Source of the DNA: an uncultured virus (IMG/VR IMGVR_UViG_3300025648_000526)
Taxonomy: Duplodnaviria; Heunggongvirae; Uroviricota; Caudoviricetes
Virus record (IMG/VR): IMGVR_UViG_3300025648_000526
Location: 1 to 64,000 of that record
Length of the DNA: 64,000 nt
Strand: one strand, 5' to 3'
Positions 1-9,860 of the stretch are shown piece by piece (within the stretch, counting starts at the first letter, position 1; the number at the start of each line of letters is the position of its first letter). The notes below the pieces were generated by a model. That model searched no databases. It was not told where the DNA came from and saw nothing but the letters and a program-made list of their open reading frames with translations. The position numbers and the translations under genes are program-made.

Positions 1-1
1 A

Positions 2-811
2 GCTTCAATACCTGTCCAACAATATGCTGTTCAAAATATTGCTGGTACTCGTTTAGACTGTGTAGCATTTATTTCACCTCCATCTGCTAACGTAATTAAC
101 CAAGCAGGTAACGAAGTAACAAATATTACAAATTGGGTTAATGCATTATCAATTGCATCTCAATATAGTTCATATGCAGTTGCTGATTCTGGTTGGAAAT
201 ATATGTTTGACAAATACAACAATACATATCGTTGGGTTCCATTAAACGGTGATATTGCTGGTCTTTGTGTATATACAGATACAAATCGTGACTCATGGTG
301 GTCACCTGCTGGTCTAAACCGAGGTGGTCTCAAAAATGTAGTCAGATTAGCATGGAATCCAAATAAGACATACCGTGATGCACTTTATCAAATTAGTGTA
401 AATCCTGTTGTATCATTACCAGGACAAGGTACTGTATTATATGGTGATAAAACTTTCACACAAAAACCATCTGCATTTGACAGAATCAACGTCCGCAGAT
501 TGTTTATTACGTTAGAGAAAGCAATTGCTAAAGCTGCTAAATACTCACTATTCGAGTTCAATGATGATTTCACAAGAGCTCAATTTGTGTCTTTAGTGAC
601 TCCATATTTGCGTGATGTTCAAGGTCGCCGTGGTGTTACTGACTTCCGTGTTGTTTGTGATACTACAAATAATACACCGCAAGTCATTGATTCTAACCAG
701 TTTGTTGGTGACATTTATATTAAACCTGCTCGTTCAATTAACTTTATCCAGTTGAACTTTGTAGCAGTAAGGACTGGCGTAGACTTTACAGAAGTCATAG
801 GTAAGTTCTAA
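2..811 (+). CDS. gp18: Tail sheath protein gp18, C-terminal part (5' truncated by window)
   Basis: WWSPAGLNRG, FDRINVRRLF and YIKPARSINFIQLNFVA motifs; frame open from the window start; precedes the tail tube gene. Confidence 0.96.
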   Translation, partial: ASIPVQQYAVQNIAGTRLDCVAFISPPSANVINQAGNEVTNITNWVNALSIASQYSSYAVADSGWKYMFDKYNNTYRWVPLNGDIAGLCVYTDTNRDSWWSPAGLNRGGLKNVVRLAWNPNKTYRDALYQISVNPVVSLPGQGTVLYGDKTFTQKPSAFDRINVRRLFITLEKAIAKAAKYSLFEFNDDFTRAQFVSLVTPYLRDVQGRRGVTDFRVVCDTTNNTPQVIDSNQFVGDIYIKPARSINFIQLNFVAVRTGVDFTEVIGKF

Positions 812-841
812 TAAATAATACAACAGATATAGGAGAAAAAA

Positions 842-1387
842 ATGGCATTTAACGTAGCAGAATTTAGGTCACAGTTGATTGGTGACGGTGCCCGTCCTAA
901 TTTATTTTCAGTTTCTTTGAGCTTTCCGTTCATAGCTGCAAACTCTGGAGCTGCATCACAAAAAGTAACCTTTATGGCAAAAACAGCACAATTGCCTGGT
1001 TCTACTATTGGTACAGTTCCTTTGTTTTACTTTGGTCGTGAATTAAAGTTTGCTGGAAATAGAACATTTACGGATTGGACATTACAAGTTATCAATGATG
1101 AAGATTTCATTGTTCGTAATTCTTTAGAAAGTTGGATGAATAGTATCAATAGTCATCAAGGTAACCTTCGTAACCCAGCTGCTTTTAATCCAGCAGGTTA
1201 CAGTACCGATGCTGCTGTTACTCAATACGGTAAAACAGGTAACACTCTAAAAAATTACTTATTTGTAGGTTTATTTCCTGTTGATATCGCTCCAATTGAT
1301 TTAGATTGGGGTTCAAACGATGCTATTGAAGAGTATTCAGTAACATTTGCATATCAATATTGGACATCAGTACCAACAACAACTTAA
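842..1387 (+). CDS. gp19: Tail tube protein gp19
   Basis: GARPNLF, GRELKFAGNRTF.DW and IEEYSVTFAYQYW motifs; T4 gene order; AGGAG RBS. Confidence 0.95.
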   Translation: MAFNVAEFRSQLIGDGARPNLFSVSLSFPFIAANSGAASQKVTFMAKTAQLPGSTIGTVPLFYFGRELKFAGNRTFTDWTLQVINDEDFIVRNSLESWMNSINSHQGNLRNPAAFNPAGYSTDAAVTQYGKTGNTLKNYLFVGLFPVDIAPIDLDWGSNDAIEEYSVTFAYQYWTSVPTTT

Positions 1388-1400
1388 TGATATATATTAT

Positions 1401-1437
1401 ATGGGGAGAACTTCGGTTCTCCTCATTATGTTTTTTT
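1401..1437 (+). terminator. Stem-loop with UUCG tetraloop and downstream U-tract
   Basis: atggggagaac-TTCG-gttctcctcat, then ttttttt. Confidence 0.75.
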
Positions 1438-1548
1438 GAATTGAGGAAGATACTATGACAATAGCATATATAAACCACAACTCATCTACAATGATAGGTA
1501 TGACACCTATCAACCATATTTTATTTAATGTAAAAGGTGAATCAACAC

Positions 1549-3177
1549 ATGGCTAACAATAGCAAATTCAGTTTATTTGGTTTTACCATAGCTCGTGGTA
1601 AAACAGAAGACGAACAAAGAGTCCAACAATCCTTCACGCCTCAGACGAATGACGATGGCGCCTTAACGATTACTTCAGCCGCTTATTACGGTACATATGT
1701 AGACCTAGACGGCACAGCAAAGAATGAAGTAGAGTTAATCTCTCGATATCGTGAAATGGCTATGCAGCCTGAAATTGAATCAGCCATTGATGATGTTATT
1801 AACGAAGCTATCACACAAGATGATGATGGCAAGAATATCAAAATTGTTTTAGACGCTTTAAATCAACCAGAAAAAATTAAAGATGCCATTAAAGCAGAGT
1901 TTAATACAATCGTTAGATTATTAAACTACAATAATATGGCACAAGATATCTTCCGTAGATATTATATTGATGGTAGAATGTTTTACCACATTATTATCGA
2001 TAGAGAAAACCCTATTGCTGGTATCAAAGAATTAAGATATATTGATCCACGAAAAATTCGTAAAGTAAGAGAAATCAAAAAGAAAAAAGATGAACGCACA
2101 GGCGTTGATGTAATGAACGTGGTCAATGAATATTACATCTTTAATGATAAAGTAACATCTGGCTCTTCCTCTAATTTTGGACCAGTTGGTGTTCGTATTA
2201 CAACAGATTCTATTATATCAGTTGTTTCTGGTCTAATGGACTCTCGTAGAGCAGTGGTATTATCATACTTACATAAAGCTATCAAACCACTCAATCAATT
2301 AAGAATGATTGAAGACGCTACTGTTATTTACCGTATCTCAAGAGCACCTGAAAGACGTATATTCTATATTGACGTTGGTAATTTACCAAAATTAAAAGCA
2401 GAACAATACCTCCGTGACATTATGGTCAAGTATAAAAATAAACTTGTCTATGATGCTAACACAGGTGAAGTAAGAGATGACCGTAAGTTCCTTTCAATGA
2501 TGGAAGACTTTTGGTTACCTCGTAGAGAAGGTGGCAAAGGCACAGAGATTGCTACATTACCAGGTGGTCAAAATCTTGGTGAATTAGAAGATGTAAAATA
2601 CTTTGAAAAGAAATTATACAAAGCACTTAATGTTCCTATCTCACGATTAGACCCAAATCAATCTGGTTTCTCTTTAGGTAGAACATCAGAAGTTACTCGT
2701 GACGAATTGAAGTTTGCTAAATTTGTTGATAGATTAAGAAATAAGTTTGCTGACTTATTCGACCAAGCATTAAGAGTTCAATGTGTTCTTAAAGGTATTT
2801 GTACCAATGATGAATGGACAGAATTTAAAGAACATATCTTTTATGACTTCATTAAAGACAACAACTTCTCTGAATTAAAAGATGCTGAATTGGTAAGAGA
2901 AAGATTATCATTACTTTCTAATGTTGATCCATATACAGGTCGTTATTTCTCACAAGCGTGGATTCAAAGAAATGTATTACGCATGACTGATGATGAGATT
3001 AAAGAGATGACAAAAGAAATGGATGAAGAAAAAGAGTTGGGTCTTGGATTGCCTGTTGGTGTTACAAGTCAGGTAGCACAACAATCAATGTTGAATCAAT
3101 TACCAGATGCTGGTGAAGCAGATGATGATTCAACCAATGAACAACTTACAATACACAAGTTAAAAAAGATTTTATAA
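1549..3177 (+). CDS. gp20: Portal vertex protein gp20
   Basis: YLHKAIKPLNQLRMIEDA.VIYRISRAPERRIFYIDVGNLPK and EDFWLPRREGGKGTEI motifs; ATG 1549 chosen over GTG 1537. Confidence 0.97.
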   Translation: MANNSKFSLFGFTIARGKTEDEQRVQQSFTPQTNDDGALTITSAAYYGTYVDLDGTAKNEVELISRYREMAMQPEIESAIDDVINEAITQDDDGKNIKIVLDALNQPEKIKDAIKAEFNTIVRLLNYNNMAQDIFRRYYIDGRMFYHIIIDRENPIAGIKELRYIDPRKIRKVREIKKKKDERTGVDVMNVVNEYYIFNDKVTSGSSSNFGPVGVRITTDSIISVVSGLMDSRRAVVLSYLHKAIKPLNQLRMIEDATVIYRISRAPERRIFYIDVGNLPKLKAEQYLRDIMVKYKNKLVYDANTGEVRDDRKFLSMMEDFWLPRREGGKGTEIATLPGGQNLGELEDVKYFEKKLYKALNVPISRLDPNQSGFSLGRTSEVTRDELKFAKFVDRLRNKFADLFDQALRVQCVLKGICTNDEWTEFKEHIFYDFIKDNNFSELKDAELVRERLSLLSNVDPYTGRYFSQAWIQRNVLRMTDDEIKEMTKEMDEEKELGLGLPVGVTSQVAQQSMLNQLPDAGEADDDSTNEQLTIHKLKKIL

Positions 3178-3180
3178 ATA
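3173..3180 (+). promoter_or_regulatory. T4-type late (gp55) promoter TATAAATA
   Basis: Exact consensus upstream of the prohead core genes. Confidence 0.8.
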
Positions 3181-3211
3181 GAATAAGGTTTAATTTTTTG
3201 GAGACAATAAC

Positions 3212-3421
3212 ATGGACGATACAAGAAACATAATTGATTACGCAATGGACGAAAATGGTGTAGAGTTTAGAAATGCATTATATGCTTCTATTCACGACAA
3301 AGTTTCTGCACACATTGAAGCAAAAAAACAAGAAATTGCTCAAAATTTAATTGCGCAATCAAATGATGTAGATGTTGAAGACGTAGAACAAGAAGAGGAA
3401 ACTCCTGTTGAAGAATCTTAA
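3212..3421 (+). CDS. Small acidic prohead core protein (gp67-like)
   Basis: Directly after the portal gene; acidic tail; GGAG RBS. Confidence 0.6.
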   Translation: MDDTRNIIDYAMDENGVEFRNALYASIHDKVSAHIEAKKQEIAQNLIAQSNDVDVEDVEQEEETPVEES

Positions 3422-3953
3422 AGAATTCTTAGCAGAACAAACTCGACCAGAAGTGGTTGAAGATGTTGTATTGCCTGAAGAATTAGAGGCAACTGACGAA
3501 CCATTATATGAAGATGATGGCAAACAAAATTCTCATCATCCAATGGATCCTCCTGCCGTTCTAGTAATGCGTAGAAAGTGGATTAGACAGTTTCCTAATA
3601 ATCAACGAGTAGCGATGTATTACGTTGATAAGATTAATAAATATGTAACCGTGCCTTATACTGCTATGCAATGGACAAATGCAGGTGCAAATGAAGAGGC
3701 AGAGTATTCTGGTGAATATATCGAAGAAGATATTATTCATCATTTAAAAGGTATTGTTGATGGCCATACTGCAAAATCATATAAATTTGCCGATGGTAAA
3801 ACAATGAAAATTGACGCTCAAACAGCTAATGCTGTATTGAAAGTTCATGGCGCTTTAAATGATGAAAACAAGAAAAAAGTATCAGATATGGCACGTAAAA
3901 GTAAACAACACTTTGGTAAGGTCGTAGACTTTGCCTGGAAACATTTAAAATAG
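3408..3953 (+). CDS. Probable head-associated or internal protein with capsid-targeting-like N-terminus
   Basis: TTG start, (M)KNLKEFLAE; in the head gene cluster. Confidence 0.5.
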   Translation: MKNLKEFLAEQTRPEVVEDVVLPEELEATDEPLYEDDGKQNSHHPMDPPAVLVMRRKWIRQFPNNQRVAMYYVDKINKYVTVPYTAMQWTNAGANEEAEYSGEYIEEDIIHHLKGIVDGHTAKSYKFADGKTMKIDAQTANAVLKVHGALNDENKKKVSDMARKSKQHFGKVVDFAWKHLK

Positions 3954-3962
3954 GGATAAAAA

Positions 3963-4562
3963 ATGGCAAATAAGTATACAATTCAAACCTTACGAGATTC
4001 TACATCAGATGCTATCATCAAGATTACAGGTACATTTGACGGTACATCTAACGAATTAAATGTTTCTCGTATTTCTGCTAATTCACTTTACGGTGCTTTA
4101 GATGCAAATAATGTTCCTTTAAGAACATCTTTAAGTTCAAGTAATACTGCAAAACCATATTACGATTTACAATTAACTGGTGTTAGTTACTTCGTAAACA
4201 TGACACAAGGTTCTGGTGCAGTAGAAATATTTTGGTCTGGTTACGGTGCTACGGTAGCTGCTGCATATGCAAATTCATCAACTATTTTCCATCTTAACCA
4301 ACAAGGTGATTATGGTAACATAGCTGGTTCACAATTACCTGCTATTCCTAATAATGCACCAAACTTGCTAAATAACGTATCTATCACAGCTGCTAATACA
4401 GCACTTGGTGATATTGGTATTGCTACACAAGGTGTTGCAGCTAACTCTGCTTACACATTGATTCTTTCTTTACGCAAAAATAATGCTATGTATCAAAGAG
4501 GTCAATTTAATGATCCTGCTGCATTTAACTTTACTCCTTATAATCTCACTCCTAACCCATAA
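3963..4562 (+). CDS. Hypothetical virion structural protein
   Basis: Asn/Ala/Thr-rich, beta-type composition; in the head cluster. Confidence 0.5.
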   Translation: MANKYTIQTLRDSTSDAIIKITGTFDGTSNELNVSRISANSLYGALDANNVPLRTSLSSSNTAKPYYDLQLTGVSYFVNMTQGSGAVEIFWSGYGATVAAAYANSSTIFHLNQQGDYGNIAGSQLPAIPNNAPNLLNNVSITAANTALGDIGIATQGVAANSAYTLILSLRKNNAMYQRGQFNDPAAFNFTPYNLTPNP

Positions 4563-5005
4563 TGAAGGAGTTTATTAATAAGGCAATATCTAATAATGCC
4601 TTAGAGGCAAGAAAGATATTAGACGAAACGATTAAAAATCTGGTCAAAGAAAAAATTGACCAGATTAAACTTCGTCTTACTGCTGAGATGTATGAAGAAG
4701 TAGATTTAGAGGTAGATTTTGCTGATGAAGAATTAGATGAAGCAATAAGAAATGTTACCAAACAAGGTCGAACAAAAATAGTTAGAGTTCGTGTCCGTAA
4801 AGGTAAGATACAACGCCGTAAGAAATTATCGGCAGTTAAAGGTTATACTATTCGTGGCGGCAGATTAGTAAGAATGTCTGCTATGGAAAGACGCCATCGT
4901 AAAATGGCGGCTAGACGTGCTAAGTATAAACGTCGTGCTAAATTGTCACAGACGTTAAGAAAAAGAAGAATGTCTTTACGAAAAAGACGTTCATTAGGTC
5001 TATAA
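4562..5005 (+). CDS. Basic prohead core protein (gp68-like)
   Basis: Acidic middle and very Arg/Lys-rich C-terminus; directly upstream of gp21. Confidence 0.55.
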   Translation: MKEFINKAISNNALEARKILDETIKNLVKEKIDQIKLRLTAEMYEEVDLEVDFADEELDEAIRNVTKQGRTKIVRVRVRKGKIQRRKKLSAVKGYTIRGGRLVRMSAMERRHRKMAARRAKYKRRAKLSQTLRKRRMSLRKRRSLGL

Positions 5006-5017
5006 AGGAGAAATCAG

Positions 5018-5662
5018 GTGAAACTGATTAAAGAAATTACAGAAACGGTAAGTTATCTTACTGAAGACAAAAACGGCAAAAAAGAATTGTTTATCGAAGG
5101 TCCTTTCTTGGTGTCCGAGAAAAAGAACCGTAATGGCCGTTTATATGAATTCAACACGATGAAAAAAGAAGTTCATCGTTATACAGAAGAATATATTAAT
5201 AAACATCGTGCTTTTGGTGAATTAGGTCATCCTGATACACCGACAATTAATTTAGACCGAGTATCTCATATGATTGTGGGTTTGAGAGAAGATGGTACTC
5301 AATGGATTGGTAAAGCAAAAATTTTAGATACACCTATGGGTAATATTGCTCGCTCTCTTATTGAAGGTGGTGCACAGTTAGGAGTATCTTCACGAGGCAT
5401 GGGTTCATTGAAAAATGTGAATGGCGTAAATGTCGTTCAACCCGATTTTTATCTAGCCACAGCGGCAGATATTGTAGCAGACCCTTCCGCACCTGGAGCT
5501 TTTGTTCAAGGTATTATGGAAGGCAAAGAATGGATGTTAGTCAATGGCGTATGGACAGAATTCGACCATCAAGAAGCAATCAAAGAAATAAAACAAGCTT
5601 CAAGACAGGATATCGAGGCAGTAAGTCTACGCATATTTGAAAACTTCATGAAAAAACTTTAA
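5018..5662 (+). CDS. gp21: Prohead core protease gp21
   Basis: NRNGRLY, ALGELGHP-type, LGVSSRGMGSL and DIVADPSAPGAFV motifs. Confidence 0.97.
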   Translation: MKLIKEITETVSYLTEDKNGKKELFIEGPFLVSEKKNRNGRLYEFNTMKKEVHRYTEEYINKHRAFGELGHPDTPTINLDRVSHMIVGLREDGTQWIGKAKILDTPMGNIARSLIEGGAQLGVSSRGMGSLKNVNGVNVVQPDFYLATAADIVADPSAPGAFVQGIMEGKEWMLVNGVWTEFDHQEAIKEIKQASRQDIEAVSLRIFENFMKKL

Positions 5663-5663
5663 T

Positions 5664-5671
5664 TATAAATA
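5664..5671 (+). promoter_or_regulatory. T4-type late promoter TATAAATA
   Basis: Exact consensus upstream of gp22/gp23. Confidence 0.8.
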
Positions 5672-5700
5672 CCAATATATAAATCAAGGAGATTTTTAAA

Positions 5701-6939
5701 ATGGCAAAATACAATCTATCAGACGCCGCTAAGCAAATTTTAGTTAATGAAGGATCTAAAGAAACATTAGATTCTATCGTTAAATCTAAAATGGCACAAC
5801 GTGGTTCAGATAAACACCCAGACGGTGAAGTTGGTTCAGACCGTGTAGATTCAAAAACAGCATATGGTACTAACGATGCTGGCGAAATTGGCCAATCACC
5901 AGAAAGAGCATTAACAGATGCTTTACCTAATTACACAAAAGGTACACCAACAGCAACTCCACCAGGCGCAACACCACCTGTTGGTTCAGAAAAAGATGGC
6001 GTAGGTATTACTAAAGCAACAGGTCCACAAGATTCAATGGGTCGTTCTGATGTTGCTGAACCTACAAAATTTGATGCTACATCATACGAAAACATTCGTG
6101 ACCGTATTGCTGCTAAATTACCATCAAATACTTTTGGTGCTAACCACAGCGCTACATTCCAACATTATGATGGTACACACACTGCTGGTACACAATCATA
6201 TGGTTACAATGAAGATATCGAAGCATTAATGCAAGGTGAAAATCTTTCAGAAGAATTTAAAGAAAAAGCAACAACAATTTTTGAAGCTGCAGTTCTTTCT
6301 CGTGTAGAAGCAGTTGCTGCTGAAGTTGAAGCTAATTTAACAGAACAATTTGAAGTTGCTGTTGAAGAAATTAAAGAAGATTTGGCACAAAAAGTTGATG
6401 ATTACCTCAACTATATGGTAGAAGAATGGATCAAAGAGAATGAAATCGCAATTGAAAAAGGCTTACGTGCTGAAATCGTTGAAGATTTTATTACAGAATT
6501 AAGAGATGTTTTTGTTAAACACTATATTGACATTCCTACAGACAAGGTTGATGTGGTTGAAGAGTTAGCTGCTAAGTTAGAAGAAGCAGAAGACGCTCTC
6601 AATGAAGAAATCAAACGTGGTGTCGAATTAACAAAAGAATTAAATGAACAAAAAAAGGTTGAAGCTATCTACACAGCGTGTGAAGGCTTAACGCAGACTC
6701 AAGTAGAAAAATTAAAATCACTTGCAGAAGGTGTGGAATTTACTACTGAAGAAGATTTTGCATCTAAATTAGACACATTGAAAGAATCATATTTCAAGTC
6801 TGATATTAAAGTTGCAGATAACTCTGCTTTAGACGAAGAAGTAATTATTGAAGAAGAAAAGAAGCCAGCTAAAACGGCATCTTATGATCCTTCAATTGAA
6901 CAATATGCAAAAACAATTTCACAAACATTGGTAAAATAA
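5701..6939 (+). CDS. gp22: Prohead scaffold protein gp22
   Basis: LSEEFKEKATTIFEAAV and VDDYLNYMVEEW motifs; acidic coiled coil; between gp21 and gp23. Confidence 0.93.
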   Translation: MAKYNLSDAAKQILVNEGSKETLDSIVKSKMAQRGSDKHPDGEVGSDRVDSKTAYGTNDAGEIGQSPERALTDALPNYTKGTPTATPPGATPPVGSEKDGVGITKATGPQDSMGRSDVAEPTKFDATSYENIRDRIAAKLPSNTFGANHSATFQHYDGTHTAGTQSYGYNEDIEALMQGENLSEEFKEKATTIFEAAVLSRVEAVAAEVEANLTEQFEVAVEEIKEDLAQKVDDYLNYMVEEWIKENEIAIEKGLRAEIVEDFITELRDVFVKHYIDIPTDKVDVVEELAAKLEEAEDALNEEIKRGVELTKELNEQKKVEAIYTACEGLTQTQVEKLKSLAEGVEFTTEEDFASKLDTLKESYFKSDIKVADNSALDEEVIIEEEKKPAKTASYDPSIEQYAKTISQTLVK

Positions 6940-6966
6940 TACCAATACTAACGAAGGGAAAACAAA

Positions 6967-8295
6967 ATGTATTTAACAGAAGAATTACAAAAAAAATGGG
7001 AGCCAGTTCTAGAACATCCAGAACTAGAAGCCATTAAAGACCCATACAAGAAAGCAGTTACTGCTCTTGTATTGGAAAATCAACAACAAGCAATGCGTCA
7101 AGACGCAATGCAATTGAACGAATTAGCTGACTCTGGTCCAACCAACGTTGCTGGTGGTGTTCAAAACTTTGACCCAATCTTAATCAGCTTGGTTCGCCGT
7201 TCTTTACCTAACCTTATTGCTTACGATGTTGCTGGTGTTCAACCAATGACTGGCCCAACAGGCTTAATCTTCGCAATGAGAGCTCGTTATACTGGTCAAG
7301 CAAATACAAATGCAGAAGCATTCTACAATGAGGCTAATACAGTATTTTCAGGTAACACATCTGCTGCTAACCCTTACGGTTTCCAAGGTACATTAGCAAC
7401 TGATATTGCAAATACTTTCCAAAACGTAACATCAGGTGCTACAACATCTGGTATTGGTATCCCAACAGCGCAAGCTGAATTATTAGGTGCTGATAACAAT
7501 GCTGCATTCCAACAAATGGCATTCTCAATTGAGAAAGTTACTGTAACTGCTCAATCACGTGCTCTTAAAGCTGAATACTCTCTAGAATTAGCACAAGACT
7601 TAAAAGCAATTCATGGTCTTGACGCTGAAACAGAATTATCAAACATTCTTTCTACAGAAATTCTTGCAGAAATTAACCGTGAAGTTATTCGTACCATCTA
7701 CACAACTGCTGTAGCAGGTGCACAATACGGTACAACAACTGCTGGTTACTTCGACCTTGATACTGACTCAAATGGTCGTTGGTCTGTTGAACGCTTTAAA
7801 GGTTTAATTTTCCAAATCGAAAGAGATGCTAACGTAATCGCAAAACAAACTCGTAGAGGTAAAGGTAATGTATTGATTGTTTCTTCTGACGTTGCTTCAG
7901 CAATGGCAATGGCAGGCGTTCTTTCATACACACCAGCTTTACAATCTGACTTACAAGTAGATGATACAGGTAATACATTTGCTGGTCTATTACATGGCCG
8001 CATCAAAGTGTATATCGATCCATACTTTGGTGGTTATACTGCTAACCAAGAATTAGTAACAATTGGTTACAAAGGTTCATCACCATATGACGCAGGTCTC
8101 TTCTATTGCCCATACGTTCCTCTCCAAATGGTTCGTGCTGTTGACCAATTTACATTCCAACCAAAAATTGGATTTAAAACTCGTTACGGCATGGTAGCAA
8201 ACCCATTTGCACAAGGTTTAACACAAGGCAATGGTCAATTAAACGCTCGTTCAAATGTCTACTACAGACTATTTGGCGTTAAAAACTTAATGTAA
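6967..8295 (+). CDS. gp23: Major capsid protein gp23
   Basis: GVQPMTGPTGLIFAMR, SRALKAEYSLELAQDLKAIHGLDAE and FQPKIGFKTRYG motifs. Confidence 0.98.
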   Translation: MYLTEELQKKWEPVLEHPELEAIKDPYKKAVTALVLENQQQAMRQDAMQLNELADSGPTNVAGGVQNFDPILISLVRRSLPNLIAYDVAGVQPMTGPTGLIFAMRARYTGQANTNAEAFYNEANTVFSGNTSAANPYGFQGTLATDIANTFQNVTSGATTSGIGIPTAQAELLGADNNAAFQQMAFSIEKVTVTAQSRALKAEYSLELAQDLKAIHGLDAETELSNILSTEILAEINREVIRTIYTTAVAGAQYGTTTAGYFDLDTDSNGRWSVERFKGLIFQIERDANVIAKQTRRGKGNVLIVSSDVASAMAMAGVLSYTPALQSDLQVDDTGNTFAGLLHGRIKVYIDPYFGGYTANQELVTIGYKGSSPYDAGLFYCPYVPLQMVRAVDQFTFQPKIGFKTRYGMVANPFAQGLTQGNGQLNARSNVYYRLFGVKNLM

Positions 8296-8321
8296 TATTA
8301 GTTAAGTTTAGTTGTAATCCT

Positions 8322-8352
8322 AAAAGACCACCTTCGGGTGGTCTTTTTTTTG
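8322..8352 (+). terminator. Rho-independent terminator after gp23
   Basis: aaaagaccacc-TTCG-ggtggtctttt plus U-run. Confidence 0.92.
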
Positions 8353-8368
8353 GTGACTAAATAAGAGT

Positions 8369-8908
8369 ATGGCAGCTACTAAAAGAACCCCACAAAATAC
8401 CAATTACTTACAAGCCAGTAAGTTTATACTTACGTTTGATAGGATTGGTTCAACTCAATTCTTCTTACAACAAGTTAATATACCTGGTGTAAATTTAGGT
8501 CAAGCATCTAGACAAACTCCTTTTCTAGATATCAATTCACCTGGTAATAAAATGACATATAATCCATTTTCTATCAGATTTAATGTTGATGAAAAGATGG
8601 ATGCATGGCAACAATTACATTCATGGTTTCGTTCAATAGCTTCACCAGAAGGATTTGATGAAAGAAAAAGACTAACAGGTTTACAAAATCAATTCAAGTC
8701 TTCAACAAATCCAAACGTAGTGAATTATTCAGATGCTATGCTTACGGTATACTCAGCATTAAATAATCCACTATTTCGTGTTCAATTTCTTAATGTGTTT
8801 CCTATAACACTTTCTGATATCAACTTTGATACCACACAATCAGCAGATACCATACTTACCGCTGATGCTGTTTTTAACTTCGATTATTTCAATTTTATTC
8901 CTGCTTAA
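8369..8908 (+). CDS. gp3: Tail completion / sheath stabilizer gp3-like
   Basis: NYLQASKF, NIPGVNLG and FPITLSDINFD motifs; position after gp23; ACTAAATA late-like promoter upstream. Confidence 0.8.
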   Translation: MAATKRTPQNTNYLQASKFILTFDRIGSTQFFLQQVNIPGVNLGQASRQTPFLDINSPGNKMTYNPFSIRFNVDEKMDAWQQLHSWFRSIASPEGFDERKRLTGLQNQFKSSTNPNVVNYSDAMLTVYSALNNPLFRVQFLNVFPITLSDINFDTTQSADTILTADAVFNFDYFNFIPA

Positions 8909-8911
8909 CGC

Positions 8912-8940
8912 TTGACAAATAACATTGGTTGTAGTACCAT
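8912..8940 (+). promoter_or_regulatory. Sigma70-type promoter upstream of uvsY
   Basis: TTGACA-17 nt-TACCAT. Confidence 0.65.
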
Positions 8941-8965
8941 ATTATTTTAATAATGGATTTATATT

Positions 8966-9400
8966 ATGGAAAATTTAGAACAAGTCTTAAAATTATGGGA
9001 AAAAGATGCAGAGATTGACCAGACAGAACCTGGTAAAGAACTCATCAAGATACCTATTCTTCACAACAAATATCTTTCTATTCTCACTAAACACCGTATT
9101 GCATCTAAAAAGGCAAACTTTGATTACTTGCGTATGCGTAAACTGAAATGGGAATACTATACAGGTAAAACATCACAAGAAGAATTAGAAGAGCGTGGAT
9201 GGGAACCATTTAAATTCACACTCAAATCTGATGTGTCTACATACCTAGAATCTGATACTGATTTAATTAAACTTCTTGAAAAGAAAGTATATCATGAAGA
9301 ATGTGTTTCAGTTATAGAATCTATTATGAATGAATTGAAACAAAGAACATGGCAGTTAAGAGATTATATTTCTTGGGAAAAGTTTGTTGGTGGCCAATAA
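8966..9400 (+). CDS. uvsY: Recombination mediator UvsY
   Basis: LHNKYL, KWEYYTGK and YLESD.DL motifs; upstream of uvsW. Confidence 0.88.
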   Translation: MENLEQVLKLWEKDAEIDQTEPGKELIKIPILHNKYLSILTKHRIASKKANFDYLRMRKLKWEYYTGKTSQEELEERGWEPFKFTLKSDVSTYLESDTDLIKLLEKKVYHEECVSVIESIMNELKQRTWQLRDYISWEKFVGGQ

Positions 9401-9860
9401 ATCTAATATTGCTAAAGGTAGAAATAGTTATGATGCTAATGTATCTAATAGCCTCGTGGCCTTTTTTAATAAAAATATTTCACCTTATCCAACAGAAGTT
9501 GGTAGTCCAAAGTTTGATTTAATACCAATTGAGAAACAAAAAGATGTAATGGTTAATGTTGCTCGTATGCATGCTCGTCAAGAGTATGATAGAATTATGA
9601 GCGTGGTTAAAATATTACAACAACAAGCATTAGAAATTAAACAAAGATTAGATGTTACCGATATGGTTCATGGTGCAGTTTATGAATTCCAAATATCTCA
9701 CGGACAAACTTATTGGTTATTGTTTGATTCTAAAATTCAAAAAACAAGATTGTGTATTCAAGGACCTGATGATTGGACATCTGGTAAACCAGAAAGTTAC
9801 GAATACATATGTCAAGTCAAATGGTTAGGTGATTACACTTGGATAGAAGTTGATGAGTGA
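9384..9860 (+). CDS. Hypothetical protein (DUF2452-like)
   Basis: PYPTEVGSPKF, QEYDRIM and GQTYWL...LGDYTW pattern; start uncertain. Confidence 0.55.
   Translation: MLVANKSNIAKGRNSYDANVSNSLVAFFNKNISPYPTEVGSPKFDLIPIEKQKDVMVNVARMHARQEYDRIMSVVKILQQQALEIKQRLDVTDMVHGAVYEFQISHGQTYWLLFDSKIQKTRLCIQGPDDWTSGKPESYEYICQVKWLGDYTWIEVDE

Noticed and set aside
5701..6210. Long Pro/Gly/Thr-rich N-terminal extension of gp22 as a novel domain
   Set aside because: Low-complexity extensions are common in scaffolds of aquatic T4-like phages, and no separate motif is visible.
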